DNA from: an uncultured delta proteobacterium
Lineage (GTDB): Bacteria; Myxococcota_A; Polyangia; Polyangiales; Polyangiaceae
DNA length: 64,000 bases
NCBI GenBank assembly: GCA_963850305.1
Contig: CAWKKR010000006.1
Location: 128,001-192,000, forward strand
Direction of reading: 5' to 3'
Shown here one piece after another: positions 1 to 10,087 of the stretch. Every line of letters starts with the position of its first letter. Within the stretch, counting starts at the first letter, position 1. Below the pieces are notes generated by a model. That model was not told where the DNA came from. It saw only the letters and a list, made by a program, of their open reading frames with translations, and searched no databases. A program made the translations under genes and the position numbers.

Positions 1-708
1 GGCGAAGCGATCGGCGTTCAGATGAAGGATGTGGGGTTCATGCAGCGGCCAGAACGGCTGGCGCTCCTCGGGCTGGGCGTCGCGTTTGGTCCCGTGCCGC
101 AGGCCCTGCTCTTCGGCGACGAGGCGCACCCGCGGTACCACCTTGCGATCGCGGCACTCGTCGTCCTTGCCGCGACGTCGCACGCGACGGCCCTGCAGCG
201 GCTGGCGCACCTTCTCCGGGCGCTCGGCGGGAAGGCGACGACGGGGGTGGAGACTCTGCGCCGGGCGCCGCGCGCCCTGATCGTGAGCGCCGTCGCGACG
301 TTCTGCGACTATCTCGTGACGCGGAATCTGGTCGAATTCCACGTCGCCTCGCCGCCGGTTGCGACGGCGGTCGGCTGTGCCGTGGGCGGCGTGATCGCAT
401 TCATCCTGTCCCGAGAGTGGGCGTTCGGCGCCCGCGGGGGCTCGGTGAAGGCACAGGCCGCGCGCTATGCGTTCGTCTCGGGCACGAGCGCGCTCCTGAA
501 TGCCGGCGGCGTCGCGATTGCGCTCCTCGTGCCAGGCGCGGACTACCGCGTGGGCTGGGTCATCACGCGGGCGCTCGTGTTTGCGACGTGGAACTTTCCG
601 TTGCTCAACGGGTTCGCGTTTCCGGCCCGCGAACGAACCCTGCCGGCGCTCGAGGGCGCGTCGGAAGCAAACCGGACGCTCGAGGATGGAGCCAAGGTGT
701 CGCCGTGA
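1..708 (+). CDS. CDP-alcohol phosphatidyltransferase (C-terminal part) fused to a GtrA-like domain; 5'-truncated by the window edge
   Basis: Frame open from base 1 (GEAIGVQMKDVGFMQRPER, a PgsA/PIP-synthase-like C-terminal motif; ALQRL); second half has the four-TM GtrA pattern (SAVATFCDY...WAF...ARYAFVS...WNFPL). Confidence 0.75.
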   Translation, partial: GEAIGVQMKDVGFMQRPERLALLGLGVAFGPVPQALLFGDEAHPRYHLAIAALVVLAATSHATALQRLAHLLRALGGKATTGVETLRRAPRALIVSAVATFCDYLVTRNLVEFHVASPPVATAVGCAVGGVIAFILSREWAFGARGGSVKAQAARYAFVSGTSALLNAGGVAIALLVPGADYRVGWVITRALVFATWNFPLLNGFAFPARERTLPALEGASEANRTLEDGAKVSP

Positions 709-1649
709 CGCGGGTCGAGCCGGGCAGGGCAATGGCAAGCTGGGGTGTCGCGTGGCCATTGCCGTTCTTGCCGCTCGCTTACGCTCTGTTGCTCGCCGGG
801 CTCGGACGTACGGTGCGCCCAGAAATCTGGATCATCGCGACCATCGTTCTGATCGTGAGCTTCGCGAGTCGGTCGAGTGCGGCTTTCGCGAAAGACGCGT
901 ACCCGTACGTCGCGGTCGCGCTGGGGTACGATTCCGTGCGGTATCTACGCGCCGCGTGGGCCGCTCCGGAGGACGTGATCGGCTGCGGCATGCGGGAGGT
1001 CGAGCTCCGGCTTTTTTCGGTCGCGCCGAACGTCACGATCCAGGACTTCTTCGCCGTGCACCACACGCCCGCGGCCGATCTGTTCCTCGCGGTGCCGTAC
1101 ACGATCTTCGTGTATCTCGCGTTCGGGTACGCCTGTTTCCTGTACTTCCACGACCGGCCGAGGATGCGCCACTTCCTGTGGGCGTTCGCGTTCGCGAACT
1201 TTGCTTCGTACGCACTCTGGCTCCTCGTACCGACGGCGCCGCCCTGGTACGTCCGCGCACACGGCTGCGCGATAGACCTGGCGACGCTCCCGAGTCCGGG
1301 TGGGCTCGGGCGAGTGGACGCGCTCCTCGGGATTGACTACTTTCACTCCTTCTACTCTCGCGCGTCGTCGGTGTTCGGCGCGATGCCCTCGATGCACTGC
1401 GCATATCCAATGCTCGGCTTACTGACGGCCTGGAGGCACATTGGCTGGAAGACGCGCCCGCTCCACCTCTCTTACGTTGCGTGGATGGCTCTGGCGTCGG
1501 TGTACTTCAGCCATCACTGGGTACTCGACGTACTCGCGGGGTGGCTCGTCGCGCTCGCTGCCACGGTGGTGGCTGGCTGGGTGCTCGACCTCTCCGCGCG
1601 GCACGTAGCGTCGAAGGAAGCGTCGAAGGCGCTGCTCGAGGTCCGCTGA
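705..1649 (+). CDS. Inositol phosphorylceramide synthase-like (Aur1/PAP2 family) membrane phosphotransferase
   Basis: PAP2/Aur1 motifs PTAPPWY, AMPSMH, HHWVLD; hydrophobic; GTG overlaps the upstream TGA (alternative ATG at 732). Confidence 0.8.
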   Translation: MTRVEPGRAMASWGVAWPLPFLPLAYALLLAGLGRTVRPEIWIIATIVLIVSFASRSSAAFAKDAYPYVAVALGYDSVRYLRAAWAAPEDVIGCGMREVELRLFSVAPNVTIQDFFAVHHTPAADLFLAVPYTIFVYLAFGYACFLYFHDRPRMRHFLWAFAFANFASYALWLLVPTAPPWYVRAHGCAIDLATLPSPGGLGRVDALLGIDYFHSFYSRASSVFGAMPSMHCAYPMLGLLTAWRHIGWKTRPLHLSYVAWMALASVYFSHHWVLDVLAGWLVALAATVVAGWVLDLSARHVASKEASKALLEVR

Positions 1650-1660
1650 AAGGGGAAACG

Positions 1661-2371
1661 GTGCCGGAAGCAACCACGCGACGAGCGACGGGCGGACGAC
1701 ACGCGCGGCCCTGCGGGCGGCCGGTGGGTGGCAGCGCGAAGATCGTGCAGGCGATCTTGCGAGCGACGTTTCAACAGCTCGGCGAGCGGGGTTTCTCGGC
1801 GCTCTCGGTGGAAGACGTGGCGAGAACGGCCGGGATCAACAAGACCACCGTCTATCGGAGGTGGCCCACGAAGGCGGATCTCGTCGTCGCCGCGATCCTT
1901 GCCGCGCGGGACGAGATGCCGCCCTTCGAGGAGACCGGAGATCTCCGGGGGGATCTGGTGAGACTGATCCGCATGAAGATGGCGCGCGTCGCCACGCCGC
2001 GCGGCAAGAAGATTGCGCGGGCCCTCATCGGTTTCGACGACGATCCGGAGCTCGCGCGAGTCGCGCGAGCGTTTCGCGAGCACCGGTACTCGTTGCCGAG
2101 CTCGATCATTCACCGCGCGGTGGAACGAGGGGAGCTGCGTGCGGACACGGATCCAGAACTCCTGAGCGAGCTGATCCATGCCGCGGTCTTTCACCGCGCG
2201 ATCGTGCTAAACGACCCCATCGACGTGGCGTACATCGAACGAGTCGTGGATCAGGTCCTGGCGGGAGCGCGCTCTCGGGGCGGCAAGCGTATCGGGAACC
2301 GAGTCAGGGTGGACGCGCCACGGCGCATTGGCGCTCGCCTTCGCGCGGCCGGTCTGCGTTCCAGGCTTTGA
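1661..2371 (+). CDS. TetR/AcrR family transcriptional regulator
   Basis: HTH LSVEDVARTAGINKTTVYRRWPTK; GTG after GGGGAAA. Confidence 0.9.
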   Translation: MPEATTRRATGGRHARPCGRPVGGSAKIVQAILRATFQQLGERGFSALSVEDVARTAGINKTTVYRRWPTKADLVVAAILAARDEMPPFEETGDLRGDLVRLIRMKMARVATPRGKKIARALIGFDDDPELARVARAFREHRYSLPSSIIHRAVERGELRADTDPELLSELIHAAVFHRAIVLNDPIDVAYIERVVDQVLAGARSRGGKRIGNRVRVDAPRRIGARLRAAGLRSRL

Positions 2372-2387
2372 GTTTCCCTTCGGGACG

Positions 2388-4025
2388 ATGAAAAAAGTCG
2401 CAATCCTGGGTGGCGGCGTCGGAGGTTTGACGGCGGCGCACGAACTTTCCGAGCGCGGCTTCGCGGTCACGGTTTACGAGAAGGACCCGGTGCTGTTCGG
2501 CGGCAAGGCGCGGAGCATACGGGTGGTCGGCACGGGCAAGAACGGGCGAAGGGACCTCCCCGGCGAGCATGGGTTCCGGTTCTTCCCTGGATTTTACAGG
2601 CACGTCCCCGACACGATGAAGCGCACTCCGTTCGCAGCCAACCGGAACGGAGTGCTCGACAATCTCACGCCCGCCACTCACGTGCAGCTTGCTCGAAAAG
2701 GGAAGGACGAGGTCTACCTGCCGCTTGCATTGCCGGGGCGCCTGGCGGAAATCCGGGAGTGGGCCGAGACGATGGTCCGGCTCCGTCACGTCGAGCTTTC
2801 CGTCGCGGATCTGGCGTTCTTCGGCCTGCGCCTCCTGACGTTGCAGACCAGCTGTGACGCGCGTCGCGAGGCGGAGTGGGAGCGCGTGCCCTGGTGGGAC
2901 TTCGTCGATGCGCAGAACCGGTCCCCCGATTTTGCTCGACTGCTCGCGCGGGGGTTCACGCGGACGCTCGTCGCGATGAAGGCGGAAGAGGCCAGCACGC
3001 GGACGGTCGGACTGATCTTGCTTCAGCTCTTGCACGACTCGACCCTGCGCCTCAAGGAGTGCGATCGCCTCCTCAGCGGTCCGACGAACGACGTCTGGAT
3101 CGAACCATGGTTGACTCACCTGCGGCGTCAGGGCGTCACGTTCGAGAACGACGTCGTCGTCACGAAGCTCGATCTCGACGGCGGACGCATCGCCGGCGCC
3201 CATGCGATGAAGGCGGGGCAGCCCTCCAGGATCGATGCGGACTACTTCGTCGCTGCGGTTCCGGTCGAGGTAATGAGCCAGCTCGTCACGCCCGACATTG
3301 CGGCCGCCGCGCCGTCGCTCGCCAATCTGCACGAACTGAAGACCGAGTGGATGAGCGGGATTCAGTTTTATCTGGACCGGGATCCGTCGGTCGTCCGGGG
3401 GCACACGATCTACACGGACTCGTCGTGGGCGCTCACCAGCATCTCGCAGCGCCAGTTCTGGCCCAACGTCGATTTCTCTCAGCTGGGTGACGGCCGGGTG
3501 CGGGGGATCCTGAGCATCGATATCTCCGACTGGGAGCTGCCCGGCACGGAAACGACGCGGAAGCCGGCGCGCGAATGTTCGGCGGAGGAGATTGCTCGAG
3601 AGACATGGGCGCAGATCGAGGCACACCTCAGCGAAGACGGCGTGGACGAGCTCGAGGGTGCCAAAGTGCTCGGCTGGTGCATCGATCCGTCGTTGCGCTT
3701 CGGGCCAGAAGGGGTGGAAAATGAGGCGCCGCTGCTCGTGAACACCGCCGGCAGCCTCCAGTACAGGCCCGACCCCGTCACGGAGATCCAGAATCTCGTG
3801 CTCGCATCCGACTACGTTCGCACTCACACCGATCTTGCGACGATGGAGGCCGCAAACGAGGCCGCGCGGCACGCCGTGAACGGTATCATCCAGCGTTCAG
3901 GCGCGCGCGTCGCGCCGTGTCGAATCTTCCCGATGGACGAGCCCCTGATTTACACGGCCGCGAAGGCGCTCGACTGGACCCGGTTTCGGCTCGGGCTGCC
4001 TCACGTCCTTTCGGGACGTTCGTGA
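2388..4025 (+). CDS. FAD-dependent oxidoreductase (amine oxidase / carotenoid or hydroxysqualene desaturase-like)
   Basis: N-terminal GGGVGGLTAA Rossmann motif, GGKARS, GEHGFRFF; C-terminal LASDY...MEAANEAA. Confidence 0.8.
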   Translation: MKKVAILGGGVGGLTAAHELSERGFAVTVYEKDPVLFGGKARSIRVVGTGKNGRRDLPGEHGFRFFPGFYRHVPDTMKRTPFAANRNGVLDNLTPATHVQLARKGKDEVYLPLALPGRLAEIREWAETMVRLRHVELSVADLAFFGLRLLTLQTSCDARREAEWERVPWWDFVDAQNRSPDFARLLARGFTRTLVAMKAEEASTRTVGLILLQLLHDSTLRLKECDRLLSGPTNDVWIEPWLTHLRRQGVTFENDVVVTKLDLDGGRIAGAHAMKAGQPSRIDADYFVAAVPVEVMSQLVTPDIAAAAPSLANLHELKTEWMSGIQFYLDRDPSVVRGHTIYTDSSWALTSISQRQFWPNVDFSQLGDGRVRGILSIDISDWELPGTETTRKPARECSAEEIARETWAQIEAHLSEDGVDELEGAKVLGWCIDPSLRFGPEGVENEAPLLVNTAGSLQYRPDPVTEIQNLVLASDYVRTHTDLATMEAANEAARHAVNGIIQRSGARVAPCRIFPMDEPLIYTAAKALDWTRFRLGLPHVLSGRS

Positions 4026-4906
4026 AGGTTCACCTCGTCGACGGGACGTACGAGCTCTTTCGTGCCTTCTACGGCGGACCCCCTTCCGTGGGCGCCGACG
4101 GCACCGAGAACGGCGCGGTGCGAACCCTGGTTCGCAGTCTGCTCGCGTTGCTTCGCGATCCGGAAGTGACGCACATCGGATGCGCGTTCGATCACGTCAT
4201 CGAGTCGTTCAGGAACACGCTCTTCGACGGCTACAAGACGGGCGATGGCATCGAACCCAGCCTGTTCTCTCAGTTCGAACTCGCGGAGAACGCTTGCCGC
4301 GCGCTCGGCATCGCGACGTGGCCGATGATCGAATTCGAAGCGGACGACGCGCTCGCGACGATGGCGGCTCGTGCCGCGGCGGACGGTCGTGTCACCCAGG
4401 TCGTGGTGTGTACCCCCGACAAGGACCTCGCACAGTGCGTCCAGGGGCGCCGCGTGATCTGTCTCGACCGTATGCGGAAGAAGGAGCTCGATGAATCGGG
4501 CGTCGTCGATAAGTTCGGCGTGGGGCCCCGGAGCATCCCGGATTTTCTGGCGCTCGTCGGGGACAGCGCGGACGGCATTCCGGGAATTGCCGGCTTCGGG
4601 GCGAAGTCAGCAGGCGCGCTCCTCGCCGTCTACGGCAAGTTGGAAGCGATCCCGGCGCGCGCCGACGACTGGACGCCGAGGATCCGAGGAGCCGCGCGTC
4701 TCGGCGCGGCGCTCGAGTCGGGCCGAGCCGATGCGCTTCTTTATCGCACGCTGGCGACGCTGCGGGACGACGTGCCGCTCACCGAGAACGTCGATGATCT
4801 CGAGTGGCGCGTGCCTCCCGGCGAAAAGCTTTCGGAGCTCGCGAGGCTGCTGGACGACCCGGGGGTCGTCGAACGCGCGATGGACACGGTCCGGGCTCGC
4901 GGCTGA
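4022..4906 (+). CDS. 5'-3' exonuclease / flap endonuclease (stand-alone PolI N-terminal domain)
   Basis: LVDG, EADDA, DKDLAQ, LALVGDSADGIPGIAGFGAK motifs; GTGA overlap with upstream stop. Confidence 0.9.
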   Translation: MKVHLVDGTYELFRAFYGGPPSVGADGTENGAVRTLVRSLLALLRDPEVTHIGCAFDHVIESFRNTLFDGYKTGDGIEPSLFSQFELAENACRALGIATWPMIEFEADDALATMAARAAADGRVTQVVVCTPDKDLAQCVQGRRVICLDRMRKKELDESGVVDKFGVGPRSIPDFLALVGDSADGIPGIAGFGAKSAGALLAVYGKLEAIPARADDWTPRIRGAARLGAALESGRADALLYRTLATLRDDVPLTENVDDLEWRVPPGEKLSELARLLDDPGVVERAMDTVRARG

Positions 4907-5006
4907 AACTCGGCGTCATTGCCTGCACCAGCGTCCGGGCGCTGCGGCAGTCGGCCGCGCCGAATGTCGTTTCAACGGAAAGGGCGCTATGACATGCTCC
5001 GCGCCG

Positions 5007-5489
5007 ATGGGCGAGACCGAGGCTCCGCTTCAGAATTCCGGGGAAACCGTCAGCGTTCTCTTGATCGCCATCGATGCTTCCTCCGAGGCGTCGCGGGTCA
5101 TCTCCACCGGCACGCGGCTGGCGCGATCGGCTCCGGAGGCCACGGTGCACCTGGCGCACGTGTTCAAGGCGAGTCGTCTGGATCGCGCTCGAGCGGGCGC
5201 GCCCGTACAGTCCGGCGAGGCCCTCGAAGAGGCGAAGGAATACCTGGAGTCGCAGGTTCGCGCGGCGCGACGGCAATGCCGCAACCCGGTCGTCTCTCAT
5301 CTGCCCGTCGGAGATCCGAACTCCGAAGTCATCCGATTGGCGGAGGAACTGCGCGCCGACATGCTCGTCGTGGGCACGCATGACCACATGGGGTTCGAGC
5401 GCTTGCTTCTGGGCTCGATCGCCGAGTCGCTGGTTCGCAAGGCACCGTGCTCCGTCATGGTGGTACGCAGGCCGCATCACACGCGGTAG
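5007..5489 (+). CDS. Universal stress protein (USP)
   Basis: IAIDAS...GDP...ADMLVVGTH...LLLGSIAESLVRKAPCSVMVV; alternative start at 4989. Confidence 0.9.
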   Translation: MGETEAPLQNSGETVSVLLIAIDASSEASRVISTGTRLARSAPEATVHLAHVFKASRLDRARAGAPVQSGEALEEAKEYLESQVRAARRQCRNPVVSHLPVGDPNSEVIRLAEELRADMLVVGTHDHMGFERLLLGSIAESLVRKAPCSVMVVRRPHHTR

Positions 5490-5716
5490 GCGCCTTGGCT
5501 TGGCGACAACGAGGAGTCTCGTGTCTGCCGTCGGTGGCCGCAGGTTTCCCGGGTGTTTCTGCCCCTGGCTTCTCGAGCCTTTGTCGTGCACCGAGCCGTT
5601 TTTCATTTCGTGAATGACCCCATTATGTGTTCCTTAGTGCTCGGAAACCGGAGAGAAGCATCGCCGGGACGTTCCGGCCGAACTACGACGACCATCTTCT
5701 GCTTCGAGGCTTGAGC

Positions 5717-6973
5717 GTGGAATCTCTGGAATTGCCTACCTGGACGATGCTGCCGTTCCCGGCGCTGGTTCTCGCCATCGCGTCGCTGCCCATCCTGGTT
5801 CCGCACTTCTGGGAGAAGCGCAGTTTCCAGATTGCCGTGCTGGTCGTGCTCTCCGGGCCCGTGGTTTACGAGCTGGCGTCAATGGGCCAGACGGGTGCGC
5901 TCGTCGAAACGGCGGGCGAATATGCGTCGTTCATTACCACGCTGGGCGCGCTCTTCGTCGCAGCCGGCGGCGTTTACGCGATGGGCGATCTCGAGGCGAC
6001 ACCGGCTGCGAACGTCGGTTTCTTGCTGGTTGGCTCCGTGCTGGCGAGCCTGATCGGGACCACCGGCGCCAGCGTGCTCATCATTCGTCCACTCCTTCGC
6101 GCCAACTCCCAGCGGGAACACACGGCACATCTCGTTCCATTCTTCATCCTCGCCGTGGCGAACGCGGGCGGCTTGCTCACGCCGCTCGGCGATCCGCCGC
6201 TCCTCATCGGATTCATCGAGGGTGTGCCGTTCTTCTGGACGCTCCGGCTGCTTCCGGTCTGGGTCCTCTATGTGGGCAGCTTCGCCGTCGGTCTTTACCT
6301 CGCCGATCGGCGCGCTTATGCGCGCGAAAGCGCCGCCGCGATCGCCAGGGATCGCGCGGAAGTCACGCCACTCAGCGTTCGCGGGTGGCACAACCTGCTC
6401 TGGCTCGTGGCGGTGATCGCCGCGGCGTTCTTGCCGCGGCCTTTTCGCGAACTCGCGATGGTGGGGATCGGGCTCGCATCGTATTTCGGCACCTCGCGGG
6501 AGGTGCACGACCTCAACGGGTTCTCGCTCGCGCCGCTCGTCGAGGTGGCGCTCGTATTTTCGGGGCTCTTTGCCTGCCTCATTCCAATCGAGGCGGGTCT
6601 GGGCGCTCGCGCCGCGAGCCTGCCTTTGCAGCACGGATGGCAGCTGTTCTGGGTCTCCGGCGGTCTGTCCGCCGTGCTGGACAACGCGCCGACGTACGCC
6701 GCGTTCACGGCGCTGGCGCGCGGGCTTTCGGCCGGGCACGGACATCTCGTTGCGGGCGTCACTCCGTTGATGCTGGCGTCCGTCAGCGCCGGCAGCGTCG
6801 TCATGGGGGCCACTACTTACATCGGCAACGGTCCGAATCTGATCATCAAGAGCATCGCCGAGAAAGCCGGGTACTCGCTGCCGAGCTTCATCCGGTTCGC
6901 GTTCTTCGCGTTCTTCGCGATGCTTCCGGCGCATCTGATCATGACGGGTGTGCTGACCTGGCTCGAGCGGTGA
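5717..6973 (+). CDS. Putative sodium:proton antiporter (ion transporter superfamily)
   Basis: Many TM segments; IGTTGAS, NAGGLLTPLGDPPL, LDNAPTY, TYIGNGPN motifs; start uncertain. Confidence 0.8.
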   Translation: MESLELPTWTMLPFPALVLAIASLPILVPHFWEKRSFQIAVLVVLSGPVVYELASMGQTGALVETAGEYASFITTLGALFVAAGGVYAMGDLEATPAANVGFLLVGSVLASLIGTTGASVLIIRPLLRANSQREHTAHLVPFFILAVANAGGLLTPLGDPPLLIGFIEGVPFFWTLRLLPVWVLYVGSFAVGLYLADRRAYARESAAAIARDRAEVTPLSVRGWHNLLWLVAVIAAAFLPRPFRELAMVGIGLASYFGTSREVHDLNGFSLAPLVEVALVFSGLFACLIPIEAGLGARAASLPLQHGWQLFWVSGGLSAVLDNAPTYAAFTALARGLSAGHGHLVAGVTPLMLASVSAGSVVMGATTYIGNGPNLIIKSIAEKAGYSLPSFIRFAFFAFFAMLPAHLIMTGVLTWLER

Positions 6974-6981
6974 GCATCCGA

Positions 6982-9900
6982 TCAGCGTCGAGGCGACGAC
7001 GCGCTCCCGACGATGCCGTGGGCAACGGCGAGGGATGGGTCCTCTCGGCATTTTCGGCGCACACGTTCCGGGAAGTAGCGCGCCGCGACGCGTGACCAGT
7101 CGAAGTCTTTCTTTCCGTCCGCGTTGGCCAGCTGTTTCCACCAGCTCTTCGGCTCCTTCCAGGATGGCTCGAGGAGCGACCAGAGCGCGGCGCTGTTGAC
7201 CATGACGCCGTCCTCCAGGTCCATCGTGAAGCGAGCGTCGGCTTCGCGTGGTTTCGTCTTGTCGTCCGCCGGCGGCGGACCGTGTTCGGCGAGGTCAAGG
7301 ACCTTGGCCATGAAGTCATTCAGTTCATCCAGGACCTTCTGCCCGCCCGAAGCGGGTTCGGCCCTGAGCTGCGCGCTCTCCTTCATCAGGTGCCCCGTCA
7401 GGAGCGTGCTCAGCGTGTCGCCCGTGAAGCGGTGGATCGACACGAGCGCGACGAAGGTCTTCTTGCTCGAGGCGAGCGGGAGATAAATCGGCCGATTTTC
7501 GTAAAGTTCGCGATGGGATTGGAAGAAGGTGAGACGAAGGTAATGGTCGAGCTCGGCGCCCGGATCGATGTCCACCCCGTGCCGGCCCCAGGCTGCCACG
7601 AGACCCGCGCATGCGGGATCACCGAGGGACGATGTCGCGCGACCGAGAAATAGAATGCCGTGCGGCAAAGCGTGCTCGAGCGAAGTCGCAAGACCCCCGT
7701 TCGGACCGAACCGTCCGAGCGCAACCCCGACGGCATGGGACACGTGCCGCCATGCCGAGATCCCGCTGCCCGTGAAACCGGTTCGAGGCAGAGGTTCACC
7801 TTTCGGTCGATCGACGGCGCGCTGGGCCCAGGCCTGGGCTTCTTCCCAGGGGTCCGAGGCGGGGCAGTCGTAGTCGAGTGCCAGCTCGGAGCCGCATTCG
7901 GATTCGACAAACGCGTGACGGAGCACCCCGACGATCTCGCCGGCGCAGTCCACGGGGTCGAACGGCAGGCGTCGGACATCGCCGAGCTGGAAATTGATCG
8001 TCGGATTGAAGGCGGACGCGAGCTCTCGCACGGCGGTGCGATTCAGAGCGCAGACGAGCTCCGCGGCGGTGACGCGATCGTTCGGAAAGAAGGACGCTCC
8101 GGAGACGTCGCGCACGCTCGCCACCGAGTGTAACCTTGCGCCAAACCGCTGACCGATGGTCGTGTATGCCACCCCGAGCGAGTCGGGGCGCGCCACGCGA
8201 ACGCTCGGTACCAGCTGGCGGAGCTCGCGCGCGTCGTCCGCAGTCCGCAACAGCCACCGGCAAGGTTCTATCCACTCGCGGCCCTCGGCACCCTTCAGAT
8301 AAGGGACGTGCCTCGCGCCGGGCCGCCCGTCCACCGCGGCGCGCGCGTCCTCGAGCGCGAGTTCCCAGATCGCGCGGAGGAACCGATCGTTGTTCGTGGT
8401 CGCGATGCCTCCGGCTCCATCCGCGAGCTCGCCGATCTTCTTCAGACTCGCATAACGGCGAATGAACTCCGCTTCGACCCAGAATAACAGCGGCGCGCCG
8501 TCTATGGCGGCGAAGACGGCCGGCTCGAACGGGCGCAGAAGATCGGGCTCGCCGAGGGCGGCGGCGAGCGCGGTCACCTGCGACGCTGGTATCGCGTCGC
8601 GACTCCCGACACGACCGGCAAGCGATATCGCTCCGGGCGCGGGCGTGGGCGATGCGACGACCATGGCCGTTTGAATGAGCTTCGACGCTCGCCGGAACGC
8701 GCCCTTGCCGAGGTCCACGATGGCCACGATGTGCCCCCGAAGCATGCGTTCCCGGACGCCTCGATAGGTGCTCAGAAACATCCAGTTCGAGAGCGCCACG
8801 AAGGCGATGAGGCCGGACGGTTTGCAAAGCTCGAACGCGCGATCGACGAAGGCCGCGAAGATGTCTGGCGCGCCGTTGAAAGCCTTCGCGAGTTCGGAGG
8901 CCGGCATGTCGATCTTGGACGTGGCCAGATACGGCGGATTGAACACGACGACGTCGTACTGGCCGTCCGTCAGGATCGAGCGTAATCGCCGGCCCGCGCC
9001 GGCTGGCGTACCGTCGAATCTCACGCCGAGATCGTCCGTGCAACAGTGGCGCGTGAAGAGCCGCTCGTCGTCGTCGAACAGCGTCGTGGCCCTGCCGGCT
9101 CCGAAGCGGATGAGGCTACCGCGTACCCCCGGATGACCGTCCACGTCGAAGGTCGCGGCCACCAGATTCATCGGCGGGATGAGCGCATGGGGCGCGAGGC
9201 GCTTTGCTTTCAGGTAAAGCACGGCCGCGGACACCTGCACGGCACGAGCGTCGATGTCGACGCCGTACAGGTTGTGCCCGAGGATTCTGGCGGCGATCTC
9301 GGCGTCGGAGAATTCACGAGCCTCCTGTCGATAGAGCTGGACCAGGAGGTCGAACGCGGCCGCAAGCAGGTGTCCGCAGCCGCACGCAGGATCGAGGATC
9401 TCGAGCTCGGAAGCGCGCGACACCGCTGCGAGTCGCCCGACGCTGTTCGCGAGGAGCCACTCTGCCATATAGTGTTCGGTGAAGAGCTGCGTCTTCGAGG
9501 CGATCTCCTGAACGGAAACTTTTCCTCGGGGTCCGACGCGCGCGTCGATGGCCTCACGCTGCGGGTCGTTCCAGAACTGGTATACCCAGCCAAGGGTCGT
9601 GTCGTCGAGCCACGCGGCGTCGAGGTCCGGCGCATTCAGCGCGTCGACCAGTTCGCGGAGGTTGTCGCCCGACGGCGTGAATGTACGGCCGAGCGGCACG
9701 GCGGCGTAAAGGCCCGGTAGCTGAACACCGAGGTCGTCGAACGCACGCTGCAGCGCAGCGGAGTAGCTTCGGTGCTCGTCGAGGGGGACGTCGGGCTCGG
9801 ATGCGCGGAACTCCAGGTAGCCCGGGCTCTGCCAGCCGCCCGTGAGGGTATGTCGCTCCACCACGTTGCAAGCTTCGAGCTGACGAAGAAAGACGAGCGC

Positions 9901-10035
9901 CAGCACCGTGTGCGCGGCCGCGTCGGACCGAGCGCGAGTATCTGCGTCGAGCGGCTCCTCCTGTTCGAGCAGGGAACGCAGGCGTCGAATCCGGAGCGAT
10001 AGGGCCTCCATGGCCGCGGGCGCCATTTCAGTCAT
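6982..10035 (-). CDS. pglX: BREX-type (type 6-like) PglX adenine-specific DNA methyltransferase, orphan
   Basis: LGWVYQFWND, TQLFTEHYM, motif I ILDPACGCGH, motif IV NPPY, YENRPIY, LEDGVMVNSAALW and FDWS...RYFPERV...DPSLAVAHG, recognised as PglX-like. Confidence 0.8.
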   Translation of the reverse strand: MTEMAPAAMEALSLRIRRLRSLLEQEEPLDADTRARSDAAAHTVLALVFLRQLEACNVVERHTLTGGWQSPGYLEFRASEPDVPLDEHRSYSAALQRAFDDLGVQLPGLYAAVPLGRTFTPSGDNLRELVDALNAPDLDAAWLDDTTLGWVYQFWNDPQREAIDARVGPRGKVSVQEIASKTQLFTEHYMAEWLLANSVGRLAAVSRASELEILDPACGCGHLLAAAFDLLVQLYRQEAREFSDAEIAARILGHNLYGVDIDARAVQVSAAVLYLKAKRLAPHALIPPMNLVAATFDVDGHPGVRGSLIRFGAGRATTLFDDDERLFTRHCCTDDLGVRFDGTPAGAGRRLRSILTDGQYDVVVFNPPYLATSKIDMPASELAKAFNGAPDIFAAFVDRAFELCKPSGLIAFVALSNWMFLSTYRGVRERMLRGHIVAIVDLGKGAFRRASKLIQTAMVVASPTPAPGAISLAGRVGSRDAIPASQVTALAAALGEPDLLRPFEPAVFAAIDGAPLLFWVEAEFIRRYASLKKIGELADGAGGIATTNNDRFLRAIWELALEDARAAVDGRPGARHVPYLKGAEGREWIEPCRWLLRTADDARELRQLVPSVRVARPDSLGVAYTTIGQRFGARLHSVASVRDVSGASFFPNDRVTAAELVCALNRTAVRELASAFNPTINFQLGDVRRLPFDPVDCAGEIVGVLRHAFVESECGSELALDYDCPASDPWEEAQAWAQRAVDRPKGEPLPRTGFTGSGISAWRHVSHAVGVALGRFGPNGGLATSLEHALPHGILFLGRATSSLGDPACAGLVAAWGRHGVDIDPGAELDHYLRLTFFQSHRELYENRPIYLPLASSKKTFVALVSIHRFTGDTLSTLLTGHLMKESAQLRAEPASGGQKVLDELNDFMAKVLDLAEHGPPPADDKTKPREADARFTMDLEDGVMVNSAALWSLLEPSWKEPKSWWKQLANADGKKDFDWSRVAARYFPERVRRKCREDPSLAVAHGIVGSASSPRR

Positions 10036-10087
10036 CGGGGCGTGACGAGGATGTTGCCTGAAATTCGGCCTGGTCGCACCATCGTCA

